A model generated the notes under the pieces. It ran no database searches. It worked only from the letters and a program-made list of their open reading frames with translations, and was not told the origin of the DNA. The position numbers and the translations under genes were made by a program. From contig JABLTG010000173.1 in NCBI GenBank assembly GCA_016618085.1, positions 1-38,848 of the forward strand: a stretch of 38,848 nucleotides of DNA, given 5' to 3'. This document shows positions 22,277 through 34,106 of the stretch, in pieces. Positions within the stretch are counted from its first letter, which is position 1; each line of letters begins with the position of its first letter. The DNA is from Neovahlkampfia damariscottae (lineage: Eukaryota).

Positions 22277-22768
22277 ATGAAAGGGAAAGGACTAGTATCA
22301 CGTATGATCAGCATGGTTGGATTATTTAATAGCAATAGCGACAGTGAATGTGATTGTGAGAACAATCTCACTGTACAAATGAAAGAAAGAAGAGCCTCTG
22401 CTCTAAAAAGAGCTAGCGAACAAACACCTCCAAAACCCGAAAAAACAAACGAAACAGAATTATCAAAGCTTCCAACTGTACCACTGCCATCACCTGAATT
22501 TTCAATGAGTTTAGATTCAATACTTGAAGATTCATTTTTCTATTTATCCATCGATGAACCAACAGAAGGAGCAAAAAAAAGTAGGAAGTTAAAAGACGAA
22601 ATGGTATACTCCGATATAAGTATGGTTCAAACAGAAAATACTTATCAAAATACAGAATTTGATTCTCATGGATCAAATTTTTGGGATACAGAACTGAGAG
22701 ATTTTGAAGATGATCATCCATATATTCTGAAGTACTTTAACAACTCCAATAGAGAAATATCTGTTTAA
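22277..22768 (+). CDS. Orphan family paralogue 3
   Basis: ATTGG at 22242; motifs ERRAS, YSDISMVQT, DDHPYILKYFNNSNREISV. Confidence 0.78.
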   Translation: MKGKGLVSRMISMVGLFNSNSDSECDCENNLTVQMKERRASALKRASEQTPPKPEKTNETELSKLPTVPLPSPEFSMSLDSILEDSFFYLSIDEPTEGAKKSRKLKDEMVYSDISMVQTENTYQNTEFDSHGSNFWDTELRDFEDDHPYILKYFNNSNREISV

Positions 22769-22983
22769 TAAACTCATTTGTAAATTATTTAGAAATATTT
22801 TTTGGTTTAGTCGATTTCCAGATTAAGAATTAAACTTCCTAATTTGGACCGTGAAAAGTCCGATTGGACAATCATTTAGATTTTTTTTAGGACAAAAAAT
22901 AAATATTTTTCATTTATGTTTCAATAGATACAAAATAATAATAAAATTTTCGAAAAACAATGACTTTATTCGAGTAATTGAAT

Positions 22984-23409
22984 TTAACCTGATATTGGTT
23001 TGGTTTGTTCAACTTTTTCTGAAGCTCCAGTGTATGATTTATAAGAGTATGCCATCCATAAAGGTAAAAAAATACACATTACAGCAACTGCATAAAAATC
23101 TGGATTTAAAGTGCCAGTGTAAATTGGATGACCAACAAAGAGACATGCTTCAATGACGTGCAACATCGTTGTAAAGAGATATATAGCTTTAGAGTGAATA
23201 TCATAAGCACATAAGAACCTGGAAATTCCTAAAATCGAAATAAATGCTGCTGTCATCGCAAGAACAATCGGTTGTTCTGAAACACCATTTGAATCAGCCA
23301 AGAAACCTATTTCAATAGCTTTACTGACATCACCAGTGCTGTATATCATGTATAATGTGAAAAGCTCGAAAACTGATGCAAAATATAAGTAACCTTTTAA
23401 CACCTGCAT
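22984..23409 (-). CDS. ERG28-like four-helix membrane protein, copy 1
   Basis: Start MQVLKGYL (ATG 23409, CCAAT box 23443-23437); hydrophobic segments; SRFLCAYDIHSKAIY resembles the ERG28 R-x3-AYxIxxKxxY signature. Confidence 0.7.
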   Translation of the reverse strand: MQVLKGYLYFASVFELFTLYMIYSTGDVSKAIEIGFLADSNGVSEQPIVLAMTAAFISILGISRFLCAYDIHSKAIYLFTTMLHVIEACLFVGHPIYTGTLNPDFYAVAVMCIFLPLWMAYSYKSYTGASEKVEQTKPISG

Positions 23410-23547
23410 TTTTAGTTTGACAATGAAGAAAAAATCTGATTGGCTGAAATGACCTGTCAAGTCTACTGACTTTTCAAATGTAAAAAAATTATAACTTTTC
23501 ATTTTTTTTAGTTATATTTTGATTCCAATGGCATCCAAACCACTTTC

Positions 23548-23952
23548 TTAATCATTAAATTGTCTTGGAGTCAATAAATGTTGGTGGTAAGTCAATAACA
23601 TCCATACTGGCAACATTATCATCCATACACATGTGATATAACCACTTCCTTGTAATGTACCTTGTTGAAATGGAATTCCGACAAACATAACAATTTCACA
23701 AAAACTTGTGAATAATGTGAGGTGATACATCGACTTAGAATGAATATTTGTGGATAAAAAATATCTACTTAATCCTAAAATTGCCAAGAATATTGATGTT
23801 AAAAATAAAACATTTGGATCTGTCGCCAAAGGTGAATTTGCTAAAAAACCAGTTGGTATTGAAGGTCTCAAGTCTCCATTCCATAAAATCATACAAATAC
23901 CAATAGGTTCAAAAAAACTAAAATAAAAAAGGTATGTTGCCAACCAAGTCAT
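23548..23952 (-). CDS. ERG28-like membrane protein, copy 2 (tandem paralogue)
   Basis: Shares GFLA(N/D)S, ILG(L/I)SR, IHSK, FVGxP and LPxWM with copy 1. Confidence 0.7.
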   Translation of the reverse strand: MTWLATYLFYFSFFEPIGICMILWNGDLRPSIPTGFLANSPLATDPNVLFLTSIFLAILGLSRYFLSTNIHSKSMYHLTLFTSFCEIVMFVGIPFQQGTLQGSGYITCVWMIMLPVWMLLTYHQHLLTPRQFND

Positions 23953-23984
23953 TCTTCACTATTCTTTTTTTTTTGTTTTGTTGT

Positions 23985-23991
23985 CCAATCA
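23985..23991. promoter_or_regulatory. CCAAT box in a 63-nt bidirectional promoter (representative of a motif upstream of most genes)
   Basis: CCAATCA lies between divergent ATGs at 23952 and 24016; the same motif is near most start codons in the window. Confidence 0.7.
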
Positions 23992-24015
23992 AACCGATTT
24001 CTTTAAAAAAAAAAA

Positions 24016-24618
24016 ATGGGCAAAAAGAAAGTGGATCAAGATTTGTCAAACGAAATTGTTCAAGAAAGAATAAAAGGAGAAAACTTTGATTTTACTTTAA
24101 GAATTGGAGATATCATTGATAAAAACATTGAAGGCTTGAAACTTTTAAACAATAGAACTTTACCAGTTTCGTACAGTGAAAAATTTTATGAAGTAAAAAA
24201 AGAGAAAAAAAATTTAAATTATTAGGGTGTTATTGAAAGAGGACCTCAATTTGCTAAATTTGGTAAAATTTTTTTTTGAATTAAAAAAACAAAAGCATTT
24301 TTTAATGATGTTATAGTTGGAAATGTAACGTGCAGAGGAGAGATGAAATCAGGAGAAAAAAAACTTTATATTCTCACTTTAGGTATTTTAAAACCTTATA
24401 GAAAACTTGGAATTGGTAAAAAACTCATTGAAAAAGTTATAGAAATAGCAAAAGAACATTCAGAATTAAAATCAATTTATTTACATGTTCACATTGAAAA
24501 TGAAATAGCAATGAAATTTTATGAAAAATGTGGTTTTGAAAAAGGTGAATATATTGAAAATTATTACAAAGATATCGAAAATCCACATTGTTTTATTTAC
24601 GAAAAAATGTTAGTTTAA
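24016..24618 (+). CDS. NAA50: N-terminal acetyltransferase NAA50; introns 24193-24225 and 24263-24295
   Basis: LNNRTLPVSYSEKFY, LYILTLGILKPYRKLGIG, IYLHV..NEIAMKFY..GF, YY..I. Confidence 0.9.
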
Positions 24619-27506
24619 ATTAAAAATAATTGAATTTTTGAATTGGCTTCATATAATTGTTTAACAATTTCTTCTTTTGTTTCTGTGACAATATGACATT
24701 CAATTAATGGCTCAATAATATTTGATTTCAATCTTTGAAAATTTAAATCAAAATTACTGAAAAATTCTTTAACTTCCATCATTATTTTTTTTTGTTCTTC
24801 TGATAAAATAGTTTCTATTGTTGTGTATAATCCTAAAAATCTTTTTTTTATTTCATCATAAATTTCACAATTTTCAATATCAAATGAAACAGAAATCATG
24901 TTTTGAATCAATTTTAATTTTTGTATCAAATCATCCGAGAGTTGTAGAAATATATTACTTTCAACTTTTTTGTATAGTAAATCACACCCAACTGCAATAA
25001 ATTTTGAAATAGTTTTTCTACGACTTAATAATGAATTCATTGATTCATCTTTAATTAATGCATGATGTAACTGTTGTATACCTTCAAAATATTTTTGTGA
25101 AAATAATAAAGAAATTCCTTTTGCTGTAATTCCAGCAATCAAAAAAAATTGTTGACCAACATCCACGAATTTCTTTATCATTTCATTTTGATGTTCAAAA
25201 TCATTTGGATTCAAATCAATTAATAAAAGAAATGACTCCCATTTCATTGGATTAATTTCTTTCAAACTGAATAAATTTTCACCTTCCGAAAAATTATATT
25301 GTATCACTGCTATTTCATATTTAGCATAAGAATATTCTTTCAATGACATCAAATAAGAAACATTACTTTCATAAAAATTAGTTTGAATGAATCAATTACT
25401 CCAATAATCTTTTATCATAAATGTTACCATCAATAACTTCTTGTTTATATTTTTCAAATGTTTCATTAATCTTTTTGGCGAGTTGAATTGTTCTATTTTG
25501 AAATTTATATTTAATTTTTGAATTCTTTTCTTCTAATAAACGAAGAAATTTCAAATTATCATCATTAATGATGTTCTATTAAGAATTAGTTTTTATTTTT
25601 CAAACACGAAGATTAGATGGAATATGTGTCCAATATTGATCCATTTTTGAAATATTAACTTTTGATGTATCATAATAAATCAAACAATAAGCACTGCTAT
25701 TACTTCCTCCTTCTGAAACTTTCCAAACTTCTTCTTCAGAAACTTGAATGATTTGTGTATCATTACATTTAAACCAATGATCATTTTGAAATAAAAATGA
25801 ATAATAATGACCACTATTAACATTTCCTTCATGTACCAAAACTGAATGAAGTTGATACTCATGGAATTTATTTGAAAAATCATATAGACTCTCTGCTGTT
25901 GTTTGTAACTCTGAAATTTTTTCTTTCAAAACTAAAGAAAGGAATTAGACTGTTTTTTGTATTTCTAACCATTGATTTTTGATTGAACTTCATTTTGCAA
26001 TTCATTCATCAATTTAATAGCTAAATCTGATTTTTCTGATTTATCATAAGAAGAAAGGAATGATATTGTTTGTGATAATAAATCAGGTGTTGAAATTCCT
26101 TGTTGATTGAAATTTAATAATCCATTTAGTTCTAATTGTAATGTTTCAATTTGTTTTTTTAAAATTTTTGTTTTTTCTCTTATCAATAAAGTTTTATCTT
26201 TATTACATTCTAAATATCTATCTACATGAATTTTTTTATAAAATGAAAATGGTAAATTAATTTTTTCAGTTGTTTTGTTTTCTTTATTGAAAGATATTCT
26301 CTTTAGAAAAATTAAATATTAAAAAAAAATTAATACTTGAAGTTGAATAACAAAAACAGTTGGTGTACTTTCAAACCAAGTTGATTTTGTTGCTGTTGTT
26401 TTGAATTTTAAATCAGTAGTATACTCAAGTGTTTCAATAGATGTATAAGCATCTAAACTTGAATATAAATCATTTAATTCTTCAGAGACATTCAAAATTA
26501 AATTTGAAAATTCACTTGTTGATTGTTTATTCATGATTTTACCTGTTTCATTATTAAATCTAAAACTGTCTTTTGTTTTTCCGTAGAAAAGTTTTGTAGG
26601 ATCTTGTTGTATAAGTCTGAATGATTTTTCAACTTCTTGTAAAAATAAATCATGAAATTCACCCACATCTTGTTGCTTTCCAATTGAAATTCCATTTTTC
26701 ATTATTTTTTTAACTACTTGTTGTGGATTTATGAATTTTTTTTGACTAAAGCACATAAAAGAGAATAGTTTTTGTAATTCAGTGACAACTTTTTTTTTTT
26801 TAAATTAATTATCACTTACAATCATCTGGATAATGATCCGACGGAAATTTAAAAATTTCATCAACAAAAGGCGGTAATGCGAAGTAAGTTTGAAGTAAAG
26901 AATTGACATAACATGTATTTCCAACGTTTTGTAATCCAATAGGACTTTGATTTTTAAAATGAATTTTTGTTTACAAATTTTTTTCTCGTTTTTCGGTGGT
27001 ATCATTGAAAGAGGAAATTATAGTTGGAGTATCTTTAAGTGAAGCTTCTATTGCCAAATTCAAATCATGATCAGATGACGAAGTAGTTGTCGACTTTGGA
27101 ACAGTTGTTTCTTTCAAAGAGGCTTCAATAGCTTTGTTTAAGTCATCTTCTGAAGTATTAAGTGGTGAATTGTCTGTCATTTTTTGGTCTTGTAAAGATT
27201 CTTTCAATGCTTGTTCCAGTTGATTCTCTGAAATAGTTTTAAAGTTTTGGTTTGGGTTGTATTCAATCAATTCTGTGTTCGCATCGACAAGAGGTGGTAT
27301 TTCTTCAATCATATTTTCTTGATTTGTGATCAAATATTCAGTTGCTCTTTCTAAGTTATTATTGTTTCTTTTAGTTTGATAAATTTTAAAGAATTTTTTT
27401 ACTTTTTCAAAGCTTCTTCAGCCATCCATTGAGGAAAACCCATATCAATAATTTGATTCAAAGCTGCTTGATTCATATCAGTCGTTGTTTGTTGTGGTGG
27501 CTTCAT
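24615..27506 (-). CDS. Ubiquitin-specific protease with UBA and three UIMs (USP25/28-like), multi-exon
   Basis: IIDMGF (UBA); LEQALKESL, LNKAIEASL, LNLAIEASL (UIM); GLQNVGNTCYVNSLLQ (Cys box); QQDVGEF; LHSVLVHEG..GHYYSF..WFKCND (His box); SAYCLIY. Confidence 0.9.
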
Positions 27507-27698
27507 AATTGAAGGGTATTTCATTGGTCAATTATTGTAACAGTTTTTATTTTTAATTTTTTCTGAGATTTCAAAATTTCAATTTTTAAACATATAGAAA
27601 AAGTTCCAAAAAATGTTCAGTTTTGGACATTTTCACAAAAATTTAATCATTGGTCAAATTCCAGAAACACTATTGGTCAACTGATTCTCAAACAAAAA

Positions 27699-28712
27699 AT
27701 GCTAAGAAGTTTTTTAAAAAACAGTAATTCACTCTCAAAAAATAAGAGATTCATCAGCACAAATCAAATCCTTTTTAACAACTTGAATAAACAAAACAAG
27801 AACAAAAAAGGTTTAGATTTTTGGTTTGGTGAAGGAGAAGACAATGCTCATCCAAATACAAAACATTATAAACTTCCAGAAGAAGAATTCGGAAAATACT
27901 GGCAAGGAATTCCAAGTGTCTATGAAAATTCAGTAGGTCTTGAAAGAGCTGAAATCATGGATCCATTCTATTTTGATGAATTATTAGTAAAGAGATAAAA
28001 AACAAATTAACCATTTTTACAGCCAACTTTTGTTGATGTTGAAGAAGGTGTTGGACTTACAAAAGAATATCCAATTATTGTACCAACTATGGGAGAAAAA
28101 GAAAGAGTCGTCGCTTGTTATGGTGACTGTGGAAGTAAAAAAAAAAAAAAATATTAAAAAAAACTATTTTTCAAAGATCCTGATGGAGCTCCAGAAGATT
28201 ATGAAGATGATTTTAATTACTGGGTTGGTGATGAAGGTACTCATGCACAATGTTTAGGCTGTAAGTTACACTTCTATTTCGCAAGTAATGAAGACGTTGA
28301 AAGACTTGGAATCGATGTTCAAGGTAGAGATATTTATACAAGACCTTCAATGAAAAAACATTTCTCAGACCTCAAAGAACAACTTTCTTCTTTCCTTAAA
28401 CAAGATTTTACAACAAAAAAAGAAACTATTCAAGAAAAAGAATATGAAGATGCTGTGAATTATTTAGATCAAGCAAAAGGACAAAAATTATTCAATGATG
28501 AAATTCTTGAAAAAGCAAAAGAATATTTAGCAAAATTCAAAGCATCAGGTTTTCAACATATTGGACCTGAACAAGATAAAGAAATCAAAGAAGGAATTCA
28601 TAGATTACTTGAATTAATTGCTGCTGATGAAGCTCATGCAGAACGTGTCTTGGAAAAACAAAACAAATTTATTGAATTACACAGACTTGAATATGCTCTT
28701 CCACATGATTAA
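27699..28712 (+). CDS. COX5B: Cytochrome c oxidase subunit 5B (yeast Cox4-like) with a long C-terminal extension; 2 introns
   Basis: Presequence MLRSFLK...; spliced product has VGLERAEIMDPF, TKEYPIIVPT..ERVVAC and AQCLGCKLHF (Zn site), then continues into ORF 28350-28712. Confidence 0.78.
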
Positions 28713-28740
28713 AAAACATTTTTATTTTAATTCTTTTTTT

Positions 28741-30206
28741 TTAAATGAAATCATCTTCATATTCACCATCACCTTCTTCTTCATCTTCTTCTTCCATTTC
28801 TCTCATAATTTGACTTAAAGTTTTTTTTTTTGCTTTTTTGACTGTTTTTGCTTGTTTTACAAGTTCAATTAAAAATGTATCTAAATTGACTGCTTTTTGT
28901 ATGAATGGATGTTCCAATAATTCTTTTGCTGTTTTTCTCATTTTTGGATCTTTTTGTAGACAACAATTTAGAAAATTATGAAATTCTTCTGACCATTCTT
29001 CAGGTTCTTGTAATTCTGGAGGTGGTTCATGAGCAATAACGAATAAAGCTTTGATTGGTTCTAAATTTAATCTTGGAACAACGCCGTCAGCCATTTCAAG
29101 AGCCATTACTCCAGTACTCCAAATATCACATGAAATATCATATAATTGACCTTTAGCTACTTCAGGTGCCATCCTAAATTCATATTAATTAATTAAAAAA
29201 AAAAAAAACCAATAAGGTGTTCCGACCACAGATTTTCTAAGTGGTTTTTGTTTTGTCAATTCAGCAGTAAATCCAAAATCAGCAAGTTTGATTTCACCAT
29301 CAGCTGAAAGTAATAAATTATCACTTTTGATATCACGATGAATAATATTTATATCATGAACAAATTCTAAAGCTTTGAGTTCCTAAAAATAAAAAAAAAA
29401 AAAAAAATTACTTCTTTTAAAATTGAAGCAATTTGAACTTCATTCAATCCTAGAGGTAATAAATCTGTCAAACAACCACCTGGTAAAAATTCCATTGCGA
29501 TCCAAATTTCATTTTCTGTTGTATAACAACCATAGTATTGACAAATATTTGGATGATAAACAGCTGAAACTTTTGACATCATTCTAATTTCATTTTCAAA
29601 TAATTCAAGTCTTGTATCAGGTTTTAATTCAATAATCTTAATGGCTGTTTTAACATTCTCTTTTATACTCATTGCTCTATAAACTAAACCAGTTGATCCG
29701 GAACCTATTTTTGTTAATGGTCCGTAGACTCTCTTTGGGTCTTTTGTTGAAATATAATCCACTAGTTTTTTTAATTTTTTTTTTTTTTTTTTACCTAAAT
29801 ATAGAGGTTGTTCTGCTTCTGTATCTGTGTATCCTGTTGTATCTATTGATTCATCATAATGAATTTTTTCTTCATCATCTTCTTTTTGTTTAACAAATGC
29901 TGTGTCTACAGGTTGACTTCCGTTTTCATTTCCTTCTCCTTCAAGCATTTCATTAAAACCTGTCAATCCAGTTTCATCATCATAATCAACATGACCTTTG
30001 TGTTGAAAATCAAAAGGTGAAGAAATTTCAGAATTTTCATCAAAACCCAAAGTGTTTGAAGAATCTTGTTTTTTCATCCAAAATGGTCTGAAAGAAATTT
30101 TACCAAGGATACCTTTTTTACCACCTGGTAAAGGACTTTCTATAGGTTTTTCAGGTGTTGGTGTTGGTGTTTCTCTTTTGTCTTTAGTTTTCTTTGCTGT
30201 TGACAT
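28741..30206 (-). CDS. PAK: PAK/STE20 kinase with CRIB motif; 2 introns
   Basis: [14 protein letters not shown] (CRIB); [45 protein letters not shown]. Confidence 0.93.
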
Positions 30207-30360
30207 GATTTAACTAAAGACTCGTTATGATTGGACTAAAAAAATGATTGCTTTTTATTTAATTTTTTTAATTTTTGTCAAAAATTAGAAAAAAATACAA
30301 TTTTTAGAATACTTGATGAAATATGCCAATCAGCAAATTTAGAATCTCAAACTAATTTGA

Positions 30361-31911
30361 ATGGACACGTTTAACGAATTTTTAGGATTAAAATTACCAG
30401 CAAAAAGGACAGCTTTTTTAACACCCTATACTCATGATGAAGATAATGATGATAGTGATGGAAAATCAATTGAAGAAATTTCAATTTTTGAAGAAGAAAA
30501 CCAAGCTTCAGATTTTGCCTCCAAAGAAGATGACTGGGTGATGGAACCTGGATTTGTTCAAAGTACCAAACTTGATATAGGTAAATGTCTTGACAAACTT
30601 CAATCACACAAAGAAAATGTTCGTTTACAAGGTAAAAAACAAACCAAAAAATATTTAAAAAACAAAGGAACTGATGACTTACGTGTAACTTTAAAATATG
30701 ATGAAGTTTTTGGGTTAAAAATACTTGGTGATTTGTTTTCAATTTTTGCTCAAGCCTCCACTGAGTATCTTTCAACTTTAGAAATTCTCAAAACAATTCT
30801 CACCATATCAAAAAAGTAAAACAAAAACAACAACAAAATTTAATTTTTTTAGATCATCACAAGTGGTTAGGATTGAATTTTTTCATCATTTTTATAACAC
30901 TTTATATGTGTTAGCAAAAAGAGGTGAAATTGAACACTGGACACATAAAAAACATAATGGGATTTATTTTTCAACTTTAATCAAAGAATTATTTGAAATT
31001 TATAAACCTGAAAAAGAAGAAGAATGGGAAATAGCTATTCCAATTTTTCTCTTACTTTCAAAATTGAATGTGAATTTATTCAGACATTTAAAATTGAAAT
31101 TTTTAGGAAATCCAACAAAATTCAAAGATCAAGATGTAGAAAAGATTTTAGATTTGTTTGTTGAACATGAACCAAAAGAATTGAGTCTTGTTTTGAAATC
31201 ATTTTATCAAAGTCATTCAAAGACTTTAATTAGTTATCAAGATAAAATTATCACAAAAGAAGAAAGTAATTTGAATTTTGAATATTTATTTCAGTTATCA
31301 TTTTTAAATCCAAACTCAATTTTAGAATCACTTGAAAAATTGAAAGTGACCAATGAAGAAACACTTTCTTCAATGATTCAATTAATGTATAGAACTGTTC
31401 ATGTTTCATATCAATCTTGTTTTCATATATTAGAAAAGATTCAAAATCAAATTGATTCCAATGTGAAAATTCAAAATGATCCAATTGAAGTAATTTATAT
31501 TTATGGTATCATTGGTAGGGCATTGGAAAATGAAAAAAATTCAAAAATTATGGTTGATAATTTATTAAAGTTACTCGAGAAATCACCAAGATATTTCGTA
31601 TATCGAATTTTGAAAGCATTGAGTAATATAACTCAATCCAAACCTGATTTGTTAACTGAAGATGTAATGTCTGTCATTTCACCTTTTAAAGATGATTTTG
31701 ATTATGATATAAGACGAATGGCTTTGGAATTTAAAAAAAAATCATCTTCATCTGAAGATTTGATTGAACTTCAAGTAAGAAATTTTTCATTTTTTTTTAA
31801 ATTTTCAAGACAATGATTGATTTACAAAATGTCAAAATTTCTGAACAAAATTTAGAAATCTCAAAGTTACAAAAGAAAATAACAACTTTAGAAGAGAAAA
31901 TTGAACAATAA
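30361..31911 (+). CDS. Helical (ARM/HEAT-like) protein with C-terminal coiled coil; 2 introns
   Basis: ORFs 30361-30819 and 30863-31816 plus a last exon (TMIDLQN...EEKIEQ*, stop 31909-31911) joined by short GT-AG introns; leucine-rich amphipathic helices. Confidence 0.65.
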
Positions 31912-31919
31912 ATTTTTTT

Positions 31920-32396
31920 TTATTTTTTTAACATCAAAAAACCTAATCCTACACCAAGAGCCGCTACAGTAATAGCTGCTGTTGCTACACCACCCACAGC
32001 CAGTAAACCAATCATTCCATCATTTGTTACTTTACTTTCAAGTAATTTATTCAATACATTTGCTTGTAAATTGTCTGGGTACTTTTTTAAAAGGTGATTG
32101 CACCATTTTCGACTTTCCACAAAATCATTAAGATGATAATAACCGATGGCAATCAAATAAAGACAGTCTTTTTCAATTTGTTCATCTGAATCTTTTTTTA
32201 AAATGAAAAGAAAATGTTCTATTCCTTTATGAATATAAATTTCATTTTTTGTTTTGATATATGCTGAAGCAAGAGAGAATCTTTCATTGAGTGAGTTTTC
32301 AGGTTTTAGTTTTTTTTCCAATTCTTGTATTTGTTGTATCGTGAAAAATACATCTTCTTTCAATTGTTGTTCAAGTAGTTGAACTTGTTTGCTCAT
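31920..32396 (-). CDS. FIS1: Mitochondrial/peroxisomal fission protein FIS1
   Basis: RFSLASAYIKT, KGI, DCLYLIAIGYY, PDNLQA..L, DGMIGL + tail-anchor transmembrane segment + KK. Confidence 0.92.
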   Translation of the reverse strand: MSKQVQLLEQQLKEDVFFTIQQIQELEKKLKPENSLNERFSLASAYIKTKNEIYIHKGIEHFLFILKKDSDEQIEKDCLYLIAIGYYHLNDFVESRKWCNHLLKKYPDNLQANVLNKLLESKVTNDGMIGLLAVGGVATAAITVAALGVGLGFLMLKK

Positions 32397-32550
32397 ACTT
32401 TTTGATTGGTGGAAGATTAAGATTTGAATGTTCTAAAAAATATTGCAACTTTGAATAGTTTTATTTTACAGATTTCACTCATATCTTTCTTATTTTTTTT
32501 GATCAATGATGATTGGTTGGAATTGAATTGTAAAAATCGACTTGTGAACA

Positions 32551-33920
32551 ATGAAGACAACTTTATCTTTTTCTGTATTTTAACGACTTGACTTATTTTT
32601 CATAGAGTAAAGCAGGTGCTTCTGTTGAAGAGGATGAGGAGGATTTGTTGTTGAAAATTGAAAAAAAAGCTACAACAGCAATTGAAAGAGATTTAGAAAA
32701 TATTTCTTTGGAGGAATCGAGAATATCAAAAATACTTCTTTTGGGAACCGAAAACTCTGGTAAAAGTACATACTTTAAGCAGATAAAAATGACTCATGCA
32801 AGTTCCTACAATGAAGAAGAAAAACAGAAATTTATTCCAATCATTATTAGCAATATTTATGAAATATTTTATTCATTGATTAAATTCTGTGAATTTAAAT
32901 ATAATTCTGAAAGTATTGATGATGTAACGAATGTGAAAAAACAATCAATGACTTCTGAATCAAATGAAGAAAAGGGAATTTTGGTAGAATTATCAAAATA
33001 CAAAATTGAACAAAAATTTGATGAAATAATTAATCACATTATCGATGTTCATGAAATGCATGCCAAACCAGAGTTAAATTATCTCAATTGTGAACTTCTT
33101 TCAAAATTGTTTTTTGATAACGCAATTCAATTGGCTTACTCAAAAAAATATGAATTTAAATTGTTGAGTTCAGTTGATCAGTAACCATATTATTAGATTT
33201 TAAATCGTTATTTATCAGTTTTATTCCAAGATTAAAAGATATTGCAATGGATAACTACATTCCTTCTCTTGAAGATATCATTCATACAAGAGATAAAACA
33301 GAAGGACTAGTTGAATTACAATTCACAAAAAAAAGTTTTATCTTATTTTTTTTATTAATATATCTTAGAATCTACTTTGAGAATTGTTTGAAAAATTTTT
33401 TTTTAATTTTTTTAGATTGACATTCAAGGACAAAAAAACAATCAAAAAAAGTGGTTTCATATTTTAGACACAGTTGATTTCATCTTATTTGTTGTTGATA
33501 TCTCAGATTATGATCAAAAATGTGAACATAATCCAGAGATAAATCGTTTAGAAGAATCATTGAATCTCTTTACAGATTTTACATCAAATAAATTATATCT
33601 TGACAAACCAATCATTCTAACATTCAATAAATATGATATTTTCAAATCAAAAATTAAAAATATCAATTTGAATGTTTGTCCATTGTTTCAAAATGCACCA
33701 GGTATTTTTTCATGATTAACTAAACCTCAAAGAGAATTTGAGTGATGAAAAATCGTTCAATCTGATTAGAAAAATGTTCATCTCAAAGAATTCAAAAAAT
33801 AACAGAAAAATAATGACAGCCAAATCAAATGCGACTAATCAAAAAATTGTCTCCGAAATTTTTGACAGAATTTATGCCTTTATTGTTGAAATATTAATTT
33901 CAAATTCAACATTCTATTAA
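32551..33920 (+). CDS. Heterotrimeric G-protein alpha subunit, divergent; about 5 introns incl. a 17-nt microexon (33369-33385)
   Basis: KILLLGTENSGKSTYFKQIK, YIPSLEDIIHTRDKTEG, IDIQGQ..KKWFH, FVVDISDYDQ..NRLEESL, ILTFNKYD. Confidence 0.88.
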
Positions 33921-34106
33921 ATTGAATTCGAATTGCTCATAAAATTAAATTTTTTTTCAAACGACTTCCATTTTGTAATCCATCAAATTCAAAAAGTGGT
34001 ATGAATTTAGAACAGACGAAATCTGGTTGACCAACAAATCGGACAGTGGAGAATAATATCATGGAACCTTCAGAAAAGATTATTTTGAAACATCTTTGAA
34101 TAGTAC

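Noticed and set aside
33938..34106. Open minus-strand frame just after the putative ART stop, as a frameshifted extension
   Set aside because: No recognisable motif or splice path; the ART-like domain looks complete before the stop.
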